Part shown: positions 10,086-20,870 of the stretch, in pieces
Position numbering within the stretch: position 1 is the first letter of the stretch
How the letters are laid out: the number at the start of each line of letters is the position of its first letter
DNA from: an uncultured virus (IMG/VR IMGVR_UViG_3300044612_002649)
Lineage: Duplodnaviria > Heunggongvirae > Uroviricota > Caudoviricetes
Length of the DNA stretch: 64,000 nt
Direction: 5' to 3' (one strand)
IMG/VR virus record: IMGVR_UViG_3300044612_002649
Made by a program: the position numbers and the translations under genes
The notes under the pieces: model-generated
The model's input: only the letters and a program-made list of their open reading frames with translations
The model's database searches: none
What the model was told of the DNA's origin: nothing

Positions 10086-11009
10086 TTATTTAGTAAACAT
10101 ATTTTACCACATGAAATCGATTCTGTCAATCAACCTCAAAATTTATTTGTAGAGGATATAAGTAATCTACCAGAAGATATAAAAAATTATCTAAATCCTA
10201 CATTATTAACACATATCAAACAACTTTCTGGGTGTTGTGTATATGGGTATTTACGTGAACACGATGATGAATACGGCCCCTCTGGTAGTTTATATTATAT
10301 TGGAGAAGGAAGATCTAATAGACCATCTGAAAAACATAATAATGTAAAAACACCAGACCCATCATTAATTGTAATTTTTTCTGATAATATTACAAAAGAT
10401 ACTGCTACCAATTATGAAATTATTTTAATAAATCATTATGGTAGAATTGATATTCATACTGGAATATTGATGAATAAAACCAGTGGAGCAAATAATTGGG
10501 GACCGCTTGGAAAAGTATATGAAACAACACAATGTAAATTTTGCGGAGAACATTTTGCAAAAAATAGTGCAATTTTGCTTCATGAAATGTTTTGCATTAA
10601 CAACCCTAATAAGAAAATTCATAAATATGCCGGGGAAAAATTTACAAAGGCTCCATGTAAATACTGTAATAAATTATTTTCAATTGGTAATGGTATCGTA
10701 TTTCACGAAACCTATTATTGTACTCACAATCCTAATAAAAAAACCCCATTAGTTAAATCAAAACCTGCAATTGTTAGTTGTAAGTTTTGTTCATCAAATA
10801 TTGCGACTAATAACATAAAGGCACACGAATCTAGATGTTTGCATAACCCAAATAAAATTGCGAATCCATTAACAGGTAAATTAATTGAAAAAGAATCATG
10901 TCCATTTTGTCATCAACTGTTTGGACAAGGTACAGGAATCACTAGACATGTTAAATCATGTAAAGAAAATCCAAAACGAATAACTAGAAAATATAAAAAG
11001 TTAAAATAA
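10083..11009 (+). CDS. GIY-YIG-like homing endonuclease with C-terminal zinc-finger repeats
   Basis: VYGY...YYIGEG...R; repeated CKFC...HE..C..NPNK. Confidence 0.75.
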   Translation: MLFSKHILPHEIDSVNQPQNLFVEDISNLPEDIKNYLNPTLLTHIKQLSGCCVYGYLREHDDEYGPSGSLYYIGEGRSNRPSEKHNNVKTPDPSLIVIFSDNITKDTATNYEIILINHYGRIDIHTGILMNKTSGANNWGPLGKVYETTQCKFCGEHFAKNSAILLHEMFCINNPNKKIHKYAGEKFTKAPCKYCNKLFSIGNGIVFHETYYCTHNPNKKTPLVKSKPAIVSCKFCSSNIATNNIKAHESRCLHNPNKIANPLTGKLIEKESCPFCHQLFGQGTGITRHVKSCKENPKRITRKYKKLK

Positions 11010-11050
11010 TTGTATAAAGTTATTATCGAGTATTATTCATTTTAATTTCC

Positions 11051-11404
11051 TTATTGTTGTTCTTCACTGAACCACCGTAGTGTAAACCACGTGGCATCTT
11101 CTGGTCGTTCAAACAGCCATTGTTCACGATAGCCGTTAAAATTACCTTTTAAATTTTCTGAACACCATGTTTTAATCACGTGTTCATTTAATGACCTAGC
11201 TATTGGATATGGAAGTTTTATTTGTGTCCAATCTGGGAAAGCTGTTTTAAATAACTCCCAAAAGATTTCTCTATCCATTTCTTCTTGAATTTCTTTTGCA
11301 AGAGTTGCAGACATCAAATCTTGTGCTGGTTCAATAGCCCAAGAAGCTTTTAATTTTCTAGGCGTAGCGTTTATTGTTTTTGATGTTATTTGAATTGTAG
11401 ACAT
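11051..11404 (-). CDS. Small protein with a major-capsid (gp23)-like N-terminal segment
   Basis: PRKLKASWAIEPAQDL...LAKEIQEEMDREI resembles a conserved gp23 block. Confidence 0.6.
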   Translation of the reverse strand: MSTIQITSKTINATPRKLKASWAIEPAQDLMSATLAKEIQEEMDREIFWELFKTAFPDWTQIKLPYPIARSLNEHVIKTWCSENLKGNFNGYREQWLFERPEDATWFTLRWFSEEQQ

Positions 11405-11420
11405 CCTTGTCCTTAAATAT

Positions 11421-11807
11421 TTATTCTACTTTACCACCAAGGTCTCTTAACTTCCTAGTAAAGTCCTTTCGTTTTCGATAATCAATTATGATAACAGTAC
11501 TTGTAGAAAAATCTGACTGATCAACCGCAATTTTCGAGTCTCTGAGACTATATCCAGTATACTCTCTAACGAGTTTTATAGCTGAAATAACTGAACCATT
11601 AGCCCGAATATTTCCTATTCTAAATTTTACTTCAGATGCAGACGAACCTTCAATCATTCTAAAGAACACCCGACCTTTTACTTCTGTACCAAGTGCCACA
11701 TTCATTGCTTCCCAAACTTCCATTGCTTTATCAGCCCCATAATGTCTGGTTAAACTTTTAACAAACATAACACCATCATTTACAACGTCTTCTAATGTCT
11801 CGCTCAT
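11421..11807 (-). CDS. Protein with a ribosomal bL12 C-terminal-like domain
   Basis: ISAIKLVREYTGYSLRDSKIAVD...LRDLGGKVE. Confidence 0.65.
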   Translation of the reverse strand: MSETLEDVVNDGVMFVKSLTRHYGADKAMEVWEAMNVALGTEVKGRVFFRMIEGSSASEVKFRIGNIRANGSVISAIKLVREYTGYSLRDSKIAVDQSDFSTSTVIIIDYRKRKDFTRKLRDLGGKVE

Positions 11808-12055
11808 ATAATCCTCAACGTGTCTTTCCAAGTAAACTCACAATAATGTTCACAATTATCAGAACCATACTCATATCTTTCAGACTGCCATACGTATACG
11901 ACCCCATGTTCATCTAGTGAAATACCTTTCACTATTTTTACAACAATGCCTTTGTTTTTGTCAATATCAACGACTTCATCACCAACTTTCAACGTGTTAG
12001 ATTCATTTAATCGTCTAGTTTTTTCTAACCATTGTTGTCTTTCAATTTTTTTCAC
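11804..12055 (-). CDS. Hypothetical protein
   Basis: 83-aa ORF overlapping its neighbours. Confidence 0.55.
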   Translation of the reverse strand: MKKIERQQWLEKTRRLNESNTLKVGDEVVDIDKNKGIVVKIVKGISLDEHGVVYVWQSERYEYGSDNCEHYCEFTWKDTLRII

Positions 12056-12312
12056 AGTGGATTACTCTTTAATAATAAAAATGTAAATTCAACTTGGTCA
12101 ACTACTGCTGTTTTTATATCTTCAGTGCGATGTTTTAAATATCGTAAATCATCACCGTCTTTCCTCCATATTCTTTCAGAGTGCATAACTAATTTCCAAT
12201 CAGAAATTATTACTTTGTCAGTATGTGAAATAAGAGGTGAATAATTAGTAAAATATTTCCCATTATACCATGATACTAATGCATCTGAAATCTCGTAAAG
12301 AACAATACTCAT
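12052..12312 (-). CDS. Hypothetical protein
   Basis: 86-aa ORF. Confidence 0.5.
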   Translation of the reverse strand: MSIVLYEISDALVSWYNGKYFTNYSPLISHTDKVIISDWKLVMHSERIWRKDGDDLRYLKHRTEDIKTAVVDQVEFTFLLLKSNPL

Positions 12313-12619
12313 CGTTGATGTTGTATAAGAGATGCTTGACCTTCTTTTAGATACCAGTCAAATTCAGTTCTACAATCTGAACAGCATTTTTTGTTCATTG
12401 ATCTAAAATGCAGTAATGCCCCATTACATTTAGGGCATCTTTCTAATGGCTCTGAATGGTTCATTGTGGATCTACTTTATTAAGTTCTACTACTGTAGTT
12501 TCCGATACTGGTGTTTCTTCCACTGGACCAATCTTTACATATGCAAAAACAATTACCATCATAGTGATTGTTATCATCACAAATAGTGATACCAGAACAT
12601 TTCGAATTAGTTCCATTGT

Positions 12620-12916
12620 TTAGTCCTCGTCGTTGTTATCGTGGGTTTCGTTTACTTCTTTAACTGTAGATTCTATCCACAACATAGCTCGTAAAAAGCC
12701 TTCTGCCTCAACCGTATTGATAGTTAAGCCGTCAGCTTTAATACTTTCGTAAAAGTCTTTAGCACGTCTAACTTCCCACTCAATTGTTTCAGTTAAGTGT
12801 TCGTACTTTTCTTGGGCTATTCTATTTGGTTTTGAACGGTTATTTGCTTCGCGTTCGATTAAGCATTTAATCGTGTCTACAATTGTTTTATCGATATCTA
12901 TCATGTTGGATCTCAT
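12620..12916 (-). CDS. Hypothetical protein
   Basis: 98-aa ORF downstream of a TTGACA/TATAAT promoter. Confidence 0.6.
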   Translation of the reverse strand: MRSNMIDIDKTIVDTIKCLIEREANNRSKPNRIAQEKYEHLTETIEWEVRRAKDFYESIKADGLTINTVEAEGFLRAMLWIESTVKEVNETHDNNDED

Positions 12917-12984
12917 AAAAGTAAATGAAAACTTATTATATCAGATTTATCTGTGATGTCAAGATAAATTTTAAAAACGGACTA

Positions 12985-14040
12985 TCAGAGGTGTAAAATT
13001 TCACCAGTGAAGTTCAACTCATTTCGCAAAAACTGTTCTATCTCAGATTTATACAACACTGAAGTATTTACTACTACCGATGTTGTAATCATTTTTGGAA
13101 GTGTGATTGGAATAGTGCATCCAGGAATGAATTTACCACTTTTTCGCTGATCTTTATCAATAATAGCTACTATATTCTTGCGAATTTCAATTGGAATACT
13201 ACCAACAAACGTAGAGGCATGTGCCCCTGCTCCGTAAATCGTAAAATCAATATTCAACGCTGACAGAATGTTGTCATACGCCAGTTTAGAACGTGATATG
13301 GCGTTTGTAATCTGTTGCTTTTTGATAGGTGTAATTATAATTCCAATATGTGACTTGTTTAATAAATCTATTTGGTATGCAGTAGTAAACCCAGATAATG
13401 CGGAACACAAGTTTAAACTATTAATACTAAAATGTTGCACATGGTCATTAAAAAAATCTACTACCTGGTCATTCATAAGAGTAGAATCCAGATTTGGGAC
13501 TTCAATATACACCTGGCCAGTGTCTGAAAGCCGTGATTTACAAAGTTTTAAAAATTCGATTGGGTTATCGATATGTTCTATTATATGTCTAGCAATTATT
13601 AAGTCATATTGGTTATCAGGGAATGATACATCAAAAAATTGCTGATAATGGGTGATTGCTGTGTTTTCGTATCCAGTAATACATGGATCAACAGTAGTGA
13701 CATTGCAACCATGTTCAGAATAGTAATTTGCAATTTCACCAGACCCAGATCCTATTTCTAAAATAGATATGTTAGATACATTTAAAAAATTTATTATATT
13801 TGTTAAATTATTATTCATGGATACACTTATTGCTTTTTTTGTAACATAACTATCGGCAGTGTATATAGATGGCTGAAAGTTAAAATTAGTCACATGGTTA
13901 CAGTTATCACAGACACGCACATTCATTGATGTTGTTTGTACATTTGTAGCAGTATCAAACAATTGTGCCGAGGAAACCGGTACCGAATCAAAAACACTTA
14001 CAATTTCCATTGGTGATTGGCATATTGGGCATTTACTCAT
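12985..14040 (-). CDS. Class I SAM methyltransferase (NDP-sugar C-methyltransferase-like)
   Basis: N-terminal CPIC/CDNC; ILEIGSGSG; RHIIEH; C-terminal YGAG. Confidence 0.8.
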   Translation of the reverse strand: MSKCPICQSPMEIVSVFDSVPVSSAQLFDTATNVQTTSMNVRVCDNCNHVTNFNFQPSIYTADSYVTKKAISVSMNNNLTNIINFLNVSNISILEIGSGSGEIANYYSEHGCNVTTVDPCITGYENTAITHYQQFFDVSFPDNQYDLIIARHIIEHIDNPIEFLKLCKSRLSDTGQVYIEVPNLDSTLMNDQVVDFFNDHVQHFSINSLNLCSALSGFTTAYQIDLLNKSHIGIIITPIKKQQITNAISRSKLAYDNILSALNIDFTIYGAGAHASTFVGSIPIEIRKNIVAIIDKDQRKSGKFIPGCTIPITLPKMITTSVVVNTSVLYKSEIEQFLRNELNFTGEILHL

Positions 14041-15056
14041 ATAAAATCTCCTAAATTATCGGAATCCCGTGCTATATTAACAGCAATTGCTGTCGGGTAT
14101 GGATTACTATTGGCATAGTCATTAATTACCACTCTTTTAGAATGATGAACTTCCATAATTAAATCACAATCTCCAAATCCCAATTCATCAAGCATATTCA
14201 TAGTCAAATTTTTGTATTGTTTTCCACGGGCAGTACAAAATATAATTTTACATCCCCTAGCCATTTCGGATTTCAGCTTATTGATATTGTTTGTTAATGG
14301 TATATATGGTTCATAATAATTCATAGTTGATTTGATTATAGTTCCATCAATATCACAAAAATAGGTTGGCCTGTTATTATATTCAAACCACTCAGGCGCG
14401 GTTCCTATATCGATAAAATTTGTTACATACTGTTCAATAAATATAGTACCGTTTAAAATTAAATAATCAATAACATTAGATACATATATTTCTGATCTAC
14501 TGTTACTGTATAACGCCTCAAATGATTTAATAAAATCACGTGCAGTACCAAATTGATACCCACCAACGCAAAAACTGCTGCTTACTATTTGTTTTTCTAC
14601 AATACTTGTTATGATTCCTTGATTATTTGATAGTGTATAACTTTTTCCGGCAGTATTATGCATATGCGGGTTATCCTTCAAGTCTGAAACATATACATTA
14701 TTACCAGGTTCTATCGTACAATCAAAATAACTATCACAATCTTTAATGAATATAGGAGATTCCTCATCAATTCCAGCTATTTTAAGTGCTTTGTAAACAG
14801 TTTCGGCTGGACCAGATGTTATCTCTGGTAATATAATAATATTAATATTGTCACCAAAAACTTCTTTTAATTTTTGGGATGCATTAAATTGTTTATCGTG
14901 AGTTTCTAATATAACAAGCGTTACATTATATTTACCAATGAATTGTTTTGCTGAATTTTCGACCATCATTAACCCTTTGTAATCGGTTAATAGATACTTT
15001 GGTCGTAGATTAGGAAATCTAGATGACATTCCGGCGCAGGGTATAATTATTTCCAT
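14037..15056 (-). CDS. Sugar nucleotidyltransferase fused to a HAD-like domain
   Basis: IIPCAGMSSRF..PKYL; FCDIDGT...CTARG. Confidence 0.8.
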   Translation of the reverse strand: MEIIIPCAGMSSRFPNLRPKYLLTDYKGLMMVENSAKQFIGKYNVTLVILETHDKQFNASQKLKEVFGDNINIIILPEITSGPAETVYKALKIAGIDEESPIFIKDCDSYFDCTIEPGNNVYVSDLKDNPHMHNTAGKSYTLSNNQGIITSIVEKQIVSSSFCVGGYQFGTARDFIKSFEALYSNSRSEIYVSNVIDYLILNGTIFIEQYVTNFIDIGTAPEWFEYNNRPTYFCDIDGTIIKSTMNYYEPYIPLTNNINKLKSEMARGCKIIFCTARGKQYKNLTMNMLDELGFGDCDLIMEVHHSKRVVINDYANSNPYPTAIAVNIARDSDNLGDFI

Positions 15057-15799
15057 AAGTTATTAATCTCGTTAATTAAGTAAGTCTCATCCATTAATGA
15101 TTTGGTATACGGTAGTATTCTCATTAACATTAATATCAATAGATAATCATTATTACAATTGAATTTGGATATTTCTTCATCTATATTTTTAAGTTTGGAA
15201 TTTATGTATAAGTCTGGCTCATTTCGAATAAACCATTTACATTTAAGATCCTGTCTTAATTTTGCTATATCAAACACATACGATGAATATTCGGTTGTTA
15301 TTGGATCTATTAAAATAAAATCATTTTTGTGTGTTGAATATAAAATATTCTCAAGTGTGAAATCACCATGATATTGTGATACAGGTATATTTTTTGGTAG
15401 TTTAAACAATAAAGATTCTTTATCAAACACAAATTTATATTTTTCAAAATCTATACTATCTAATTTCTGTTTATATATTTCAGTAAAATCAAACGTACCA
15501 GTAGTACTGGTTTTTAGTGTAGATAATACTTTTTTAATGAAAGAGTTTAGTATATTGTTATCATAATGAGTTATGAATGTTTTAATATCTAAATTTGGTA
15601 TATATTCCATATCATAACTGTTAGATGTTATATTAAATATTTTTGGGAATTGCAAATCCAATTCGCTCAATTCGGAAAATCTAGCAATATTTCTTTCAAT
15701 ATTGTTAATTTTTCTTACTATTGTATTCCCGTTGTCATTTATTAAATATAATTCACTTGTTGAATACCCATTTTTTAGTTTTTTTAAGATTTCGTCCAT
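15047..15799 (-). CDS. APH/choline-kinase-like phosphotransferase
   Basis: YHGDFTLENIL...LIDP. Confidence 0.75.
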   Translation of the reverse strand: MDEILKKLKNGYSTSELYLINDNGNTIVRKINNIERNIARFSELSELDLQFPKIFNITSNSYDMEYIPNLDIKTFITHYDNNILNSFIKKVLSTLKTSTTGTFDFTEIYKQKLDSIDFEKYKFVFDKESLLFKLPKNIPVSQYHGDFTLENILYSTHKNDFILIDPITTEYSSYVFDIAKLRQDLKCKWFIRNEPDLYINSKLKNIDEEISKFNCNNDYLLILMLMRILPYTKSLMDETYLINEINNLWK

Positions 15800-16488
15800 G
15801 GAGTATTCTCTATTCCATACTTTCTGACATGTTCAGCTCTTTCTATATCCCTGCCTTTAGTGCACAAAGTATAGAACGAACTTTCATCACTTGGCTCTGG
15901 AATATTTGATATAAAATGAATATTTTCATGACCAATGCTTAATGCCAATTTGTGTATCAATGGGTGTGTGTCTGCTGATTCTGGTCTTAAATTTCGATAA
16001 GTATAATGTAATGATTGATGGACTTGATTAGTTAAATGCATTGGCCACATATATACATTGTCAGTGGTCCAGCGTAATATATCCCACCAAAATCCACCAG
16101 TTTCTGGATATAAAAAATTAAATTTGGTGTAATCTATATTTTCATTAAATAACACTTTATGAAAATGTATATCAAAGCGTGTTAAGATAATGAAATCTAA
16201 ATTTTCATTTTGAAATGCATCAAATGCACCTTTACAAGTAAATGGATCAGATCCTTCAAATTCACAAAAATGAATCTTTTCTGGTTTCACAGTGGCATAG
16301 AATTCTTGTTCTATATCTGGGTCAGAGAATGGATAGGTTGTGACATATATATTAGCCTCATGCCCATTATCAATGAATGGTTGGACGAGCATTTCATGAA
16401 TGTTTGTCCAACAATGTCTGTAATCTTTAAATCCTTTAGTTGATTGTGTACCGTAGGTTATCCCGTAAAAACAAAATCCAATTTTCAT
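15784..16488 (-). CDS. Putative glycosyltransferase-like protein
   Basis: MKIGFCFYG start, ILTRFD motif; located in the sugar cluster. Confidence 0.5.
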   Translation of the reverse strand: MKIGFCFYGITYGTQSTKGFKDYRHCWTNIHEMLVQPFIDNGHEANIYVTTYPFSDPDIEQEFYATVKPEKIHFCEFEGSDPFTCKGAFDAFQNENLDFIILTRFDIHFHKVLFNENIDYTKFNFLYPETGGFWWDILRWTTDNVYMWPMHLTNQVHQSLHYTYRNLRPESADTHPLIHKLALSIGHENIHFISNIPEPSDESSFYTLCTKGRDIERAEHVRKYGIENTPWTKS

Positions 16489-16522
16489 ATACTTCCTTGT
16501 AATATTTTATTTATATTAGGAT

Positions 16523-16954
16523 TTAATTACTATTATTTTCTTTGTCGTTCGCACTCAATGCTATTAATGCGCTAGCATGCTTCTGTGCATTTTCTGCAGT
16601 CAAATGAATCAACCCAGATTCAAGATACTTCATATCTTCTGAACAAGAACCCCACCATTTTGGTATATAAAATTCAGAGAATGATGGTATGTAATACACC
16701 TTATTTTTTGGTAATGGTTTTCTAACTGGGGCTGGAACTTCTACATCACCAATTTTAATAGTTTTCATTTTTATGGCCAATAAATTGAAGCTTGTTTTCA
16801 ATTCGGACGGCACCCATGTTTTACCATGATCTAGTGATCGGGTGAGGTTGTTATTAATGAGTTTGTATAAGATATGTTGATAATCATCAGTTCTCTTTAA
16901 TGTTTCTCCAGATAATAATGCTTCATAAACTTCTTTATCGTTATTAAATGACAT
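16523..16954 (-). CDS. Hypothetical protein
   Basis: 143-aa ORF with RBS. Confidence 0.6.
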   Translation of the reverse strand: MSFNNDKEVYEALLSGETLKRTDDYQHILYKLINNNLTRSLDHGKTWVPSELKTSFNLLAIKMKTIKIGDVEVPAPVRKPLPKNKVYYIPSFSEFYIPKWWGSCSEDMKYLESGLIHLTAENAQKHASALIALSANDKENNSN

Positions 16955-17006
16955 AATTGTTCCTATAAATTAAGTTTAGTTTATTATAGCAGGTGATTTA
17001 ATTTTG

Positions 17007-17216
17007 TCAAGAGTTCTTAAAGAATTGTTTGAAAACACTTTCTAATGCATCATGTAATTCATCGTCTAGTTTTTTAAATTCATCTTCTGATAAGTCTAAT
17101 GAAAATGGCAGCGTAACTGTTGAAATAACTTTTTTACCATGTATTTCAAATTTGTAATTTGCACCAGGAGTTTGGCATTTTGTTTTTGATTCTATTAAAT
17201 CAATTAAATCTCTCAT
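17007..17216 (-). CDS. Hypothetical protein
   Basis: 69-aa ORF with ATAAATA motif and RBS upstream. Confidence 0.55.
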   Translation of the reverse strand: MRDLIDLIESKTKCQTPGANYKFEIHGKKVISTVTLPFSLDLSEDEFKKLDDELHDALESVFKQFFKNS

Positions 17217-17249
17217 TGTAGTTCCTTGATAACTACAATATTTATGAGA

Positions 17250-17519
17250 TTATTTGAACAATTTAAGGAATGTTTTAGACAACTGGTTAGCTGTTCGTAC
17301 TGTTTGGTTCAACGTGCGCGAATGCGCTCTTAATTCTGCACGTTGCAACCTTAATTCTCGTCTTGCTTCTAGTTTAGTCATCCCTTCGTCTAGTAGTTCC
17401 TGTTCTGACATGATCGAAGGAGGGTTTTCCAAACCAACTGTTAAAAAACGATATATTAATATTACTAATATAACAATCAATAATAACCCTATTGTAGGTA
17501 TAATAACTTGCATATTCAT
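17250..17519 (-). CDS. Membrane-anchored protein
   Basis: N-terminal hydrophobic helix. Confidence 0.55.
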   Translation of the reverse strand: MNMQVIIPTIGLLLIVILVILIYRFLTVGLENPPSIMSEQELLDEGMTKLEARRELRLQRAELRAHSRTLNQTVRTANQLSKTFLKLFK

Positions 17520-17528
17520 GTTTATCTC

Positions 17529-18584
17529 CTATTGATTAAAATTTATAGGTTCTCGTCCAATTGTCCAAATTTCTTCAGATTGATACACGTTTTTTACAGT
17601 ATCAACAGGTTTTACTTCTGGAACATTATCTTTAAAATATTTAGGCTTTTCTTTTTTATTTGGTTTATCTCCATGTATTGTATGCAGGTTCGTGTATTTA
17701 AAGATAACATCTTTGTTAAAATCTATCAAGGATTCAACATATGTTTTGTTGTCTAATACTCCTCTAACTCTAGTACACATGGTTAATTTATCACCCGGGT
17801 TAAGTATCCAATCCGATTTAAAATTGCTGTCATTTCTTATGACATGATCCAAACGCCACGCATCAGTATATGAAAAAGTTTCTGTCATTAAATCAGTAGA
17901 TCGGTTTGGCTTATATGCTTGCAAAGTTAGATTTATACTATTAACCGTATAAATTCCTGTATTTTTAATTGTAATTTTTATAGGGTAGGTTGTATCCGAA
18001 CACACCGTTCTATCTATTTTAATTGCAATTTCTACAGACTTACTTCCACCGGGACGATATAAATAATCAATTTTTTCTAATCCTAACGCAACCGCTTCTT
18101 CGTCTGATAATTCTTTTTTACTCGGTGTAGTAATATATTTGTCAATTTCTTCTTGTGTCATCGGAACTTCTTTTGGAGAACTTGAAGATACTTCAGTTGC
18201 TTTAGTTGTATGGGTTGGTTGTTGACTGGTTTTATTGATATTGTTGTAGGAAACAAATAACACGTACCCTAAAAAAAGCGATATTTTAACCCAATCCCAT
18301 TTTAATTCTTTATTATCTGAAGTATCAACATCATTAACATTATTATTGTTATTGTTATTGTTATTGTTATTGTTTTTTACCTCCACTTTTTTTAAGGAAG
18401 AATCATATTGTGTTCTTTTTGTTGCGTTTGATAATATAGCATAAGCTAGTTGGATTTGTTTAAATGATTCGACATTTCCGCCTTTATCTGGGTGGAAAAT
18501 CATAGCTAATTTTTTATAAGCAGCTTTAATTTCTTCAGTAGAAGCAGTTTCAGAAACTCCTAATACAATATAATGTGTTGTCAT
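17529..18584 (-). CDS. DnaJ-domain membrane protein
   Basis: HYIVLGV...YKKLA..FHPDKGG J-domain; poly-Asn tract; one TM helix. Confidence 0.85.
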   Translation of the reverse strand: MTTHYIVLGVSETASTEEIKAAYKKLAMIFHPDKGGNVESFKQIQLAYAILSNATKRTQYDSSLKKVEVKNNNNNNNNNNNNVNDVDTSDNKELKWDWVKISLFLGYVLFVSYNNINKTSQQPTHTTKATEVSSSSPKEVPMTQEEIDKYITTPSKKELSDEEAVALGLEKIDYLYRPGGSKSVEIAIKIDRTVCSDTTYPIKITIKNTGIYTVNSINLTLQAYKPNRSTDLMTETFSYTDAWRLDHVIRNDSNFKSDWILNPGDKLTMCTRVRGVLDNKTYVESLIDFNKDVIFKYTNLHTIHGDKPNKKEKPKYFKDNVPEVKPVDTVKNVYQSEEIWTIGREPINFNQ

Positions 18585-18649
18585 AAAAAGTCATATACAC
18601 TAGTTTAAAAGCATATTGTAGCAGATTTTAAATTTTTGTCAATGTTAAT

Positions 18650-18718
18650 GATAAATAAGGATGTAGTTCGCGGATGGCCGTCCCAACTACTTTAATACTG
18701 AAAAGGAGTATCAACATG
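18650..18718 (+). promoter_or_regulatory. Conserved homing-endonuclease leader, copy 2
   Basis: GATAAATA; GTAGTT-CGC-GGA..TCC-CAACTAC; AATACT...AGGAGTATCAACATG. Confidence 0.7.
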
Positions 18719-19396
18719 AATATTTATATTTTAGAATCAACTAGACAAAAATTTAAACCAACGTTTTTAATGATCAAACAGCACAATATTACGGGTTTAA
18801 AATACTTATGTAAAACTATGAGAAAAGATCCAATAAAATATAAAGGATCTGGAACACGCTGGCGGAGACATATCACAAAACACGGAAGTTGTCACGTAAC
18901 AACCATATGGTATAAATTATATACAGATATCGATGCGTTAGTTAATACTGCAATTGCTCTGTCGGAATTATTTGATGTAACATCCTCGGAATATTGGGCC
19001 AATCTTAAACCAGAAACTGGTTTAGATGGTGGAAGTGGTGCAACATTTACTGATATCGAACGCAAAAAACGCAGCGAACGGGTATTTGGTGCAAATAATC
19101 CAATGTTTGGAACATCACGTGTTGGTACTACCAATCCATTTTATAATAAAGTGCATTCTAAAGAATCGAAAGATAAAATGGGACCATATGGGCAAAATAT
19201 GCCAGAATCTCAAAAAAATGCAACTAAAAAGAGAATGTTAGTCTACAATCCAATGAATAATCCAGAATCCATTCAAAAAATTAAAAATAGCATGGCATCT
19301 GCATGTTGTATTCTGTGCAGAGAAATTCGTGTTGGTGAACAAAATATGCACCAACACTATGATAGTAAAACATGCAGATCAAAAAGGAAAAACTAA
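18716..19396 (+). CDS. GIY-YIG-like homing endonuclease with NUMOD3-like repeats
   Basis: LMIKQHNITGLKYLCKT...YKGSG..W; NPMFG/NPFYN; ATG at 18716 follows AGGAG. Confidence 0.8.
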   Translation: MNIYILESTRQKFKPTFLMIKQHNITGLKYLCKTMRKDPIKYKGSGTRWRRHITKHGSCHVTTIWYKLYTDIDALVNTAIALSELFDVTSSEYWANLKPETGLDGGSGATFTDIERKKRSERVFGANNPMFGTSRVGTTNPFYNKVHSKESKDKMGPYGQNMPESQKNATKKRMLVYNPMNNPESIQKIKNSMASACCILCREIRVGEQNMHQHYDSKTCRSKRKN

Positions 19397-20712
19397 AGTT
19401 TTTCACCAGGGGTAAATCCTCTAAAACATTTGAATCTTGGAAACCGTAAGCTATAGGTACCGTCTCTGTTTTTAGTTATTGCATCAGCACGGATTTCAGC
19501 CAATTCACCAACAATTGTGTTACGGGACTGCCATATATCAAATCGAAGCTGGTCGCTAAACCCACTGCCAACGTTAACCAAGATTTCTCTGCCATCGTCG
19601 ATGCCTTTACATACCAGCGCACCTGTGGCTCCTTCATTTTTTCCAGTTCCTTCTTCGACACCTACAATCTCCAAGGTTACTTCAATAAAAGGTTTTAATT
19701 TAAGCCATGCAACTGATCTTTTTAATTCATATGGCGCACTTGGGTCTTTTAACATAATCCCCTCAAACCCACCATCAATTGCTTGTTTGTTTATTTCTAA
19801 ATATCGTTGTTTACCTTCAGTAGTATCCAAATCAACTAATTCTTGGCCAACTACCCTAACATTCAATAATTTTAAAAATAAACCGTCATTCTCAAACCAG
19901 GTTTTTAATTGTTCTGATCTCGTCGATTGTGGTATATTACATACACCTTTTTCAAAATCTGCCAATGGCAGCATATCGAAAAAATGAAGTACTGCATCGG
20001 ATGTTTCCACATTATCTTTACGATACACTTGTTTCATCAAATCTTGAAACGATGAACTCATTATTTCGCCATCTAATACCATTGGCTCTGAGAATCGTTT
20101 AGCCAATGTAGACAATTGCATTTTAACAGTATCAAAATTATGCAATTCTTTTCCGTTTCTACTGAACTGATCTACTTTCCCAGATGGATACATGATAGTA
20201 ATTACCCGAACTCCATCAAGTTTTACTTCAATAAGTTTTTTACCAGTGACTTTTGTTTCATGATTAGCACTGTCATGTGCTAACTGACAACTGAAAACTG
20301 GTATTAAATATTTATTATATTTTTTTACAGCTTTGTTGATTGTTTTATCACTGACACCACACCGCAAATCTTTAATTAGAATTCTGCGATACCAATTATT
20401 CCACTGTTCTTTAGTGGCGGTATTCATCAGTTCGTTTACTGCATCTCTAGCAGCGTTGCCAGTGCATGAACGATCAATAAAAGTAGAAACAGTGTTAAAA
20501 AAATCATCCCAAGCAAGTCCAGGTCCTGTTTCATCGGATTTCTCCCCAACTTGTTTAATACCAAATGTAACAGTTGAATCTAACGCAAGTTTGCATCCAG
20601 TAAAGAATACATCATTAGATTCAATTGCTTCTTCATTGATAATTGATTCTTTTGCTAATCGGCTGTTGTCTGCTTCAAGCAAAGACATCACCATCCATGG
20701 TTCTCTCATCAT
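19393..20712 (-). CDS. lig: ATP-dependent DNA ligase
   Basis: EVKLDGVR, LDGE, FEGIMLK, WLKLKP, LRFPRF motifs. Confidence 0.92.
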   Translation of the reverse strand: MMREPWMVMSLLEADNSRLAKESIINEEAIESNDVFFTGCKLALDSTVTFGIKQVGEKSDETGPGLAWDDFFNTVSTFIDRSCTGNAARDAVNELMNTATKEQWNNWYRRILIKDLRCGVSDKTINKAVKKYNKYLIPVFSCQLAHDSANHETKVTGKKLIEVKLDGVRVITIMYPSGKVDQFSRNGKELHNFDTVKMQLSTLAKRFSEPMVLDGEIMSSSFQDLMKQVYRKDNVETSDAVLHFFDMLPLADFEKGVCNIPQSTRSEQLKTWFENDGLFLKLLNVRVVGQELVDLDTTEGKQRYLEINKQAIDGGFEGIMLKDPSAPYELKRSVAWLKLKPFIEVTLEIVGVEEGTGKNEGATGALVCKGIDDGREILVNVGSGFSDQLRFDIWQSRNTIVGELAEIRADAITKNRDGTYSLRFPRFKCFRGFTPGEKL

Positions 20713-20870
20713 TAATCCTTAATTGTCTGGTCTACCTAAAATCAACAGCATCAACGCCGCTATTACTGGTGATAAAAATACACTAATTATAAACCACCAT
20801 AATCCGCTGCGTCCACGGTTGTCAGCCCCGAATGCAACTATCACACTAAATAAAAGCCAAAGCATCATAA

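Noticed and set aside
18338..18375. AAC/AAT microsatellite
   Set aside because: In-frame poly-Asn linker in the DnaJ protein; no sign of phase variation.
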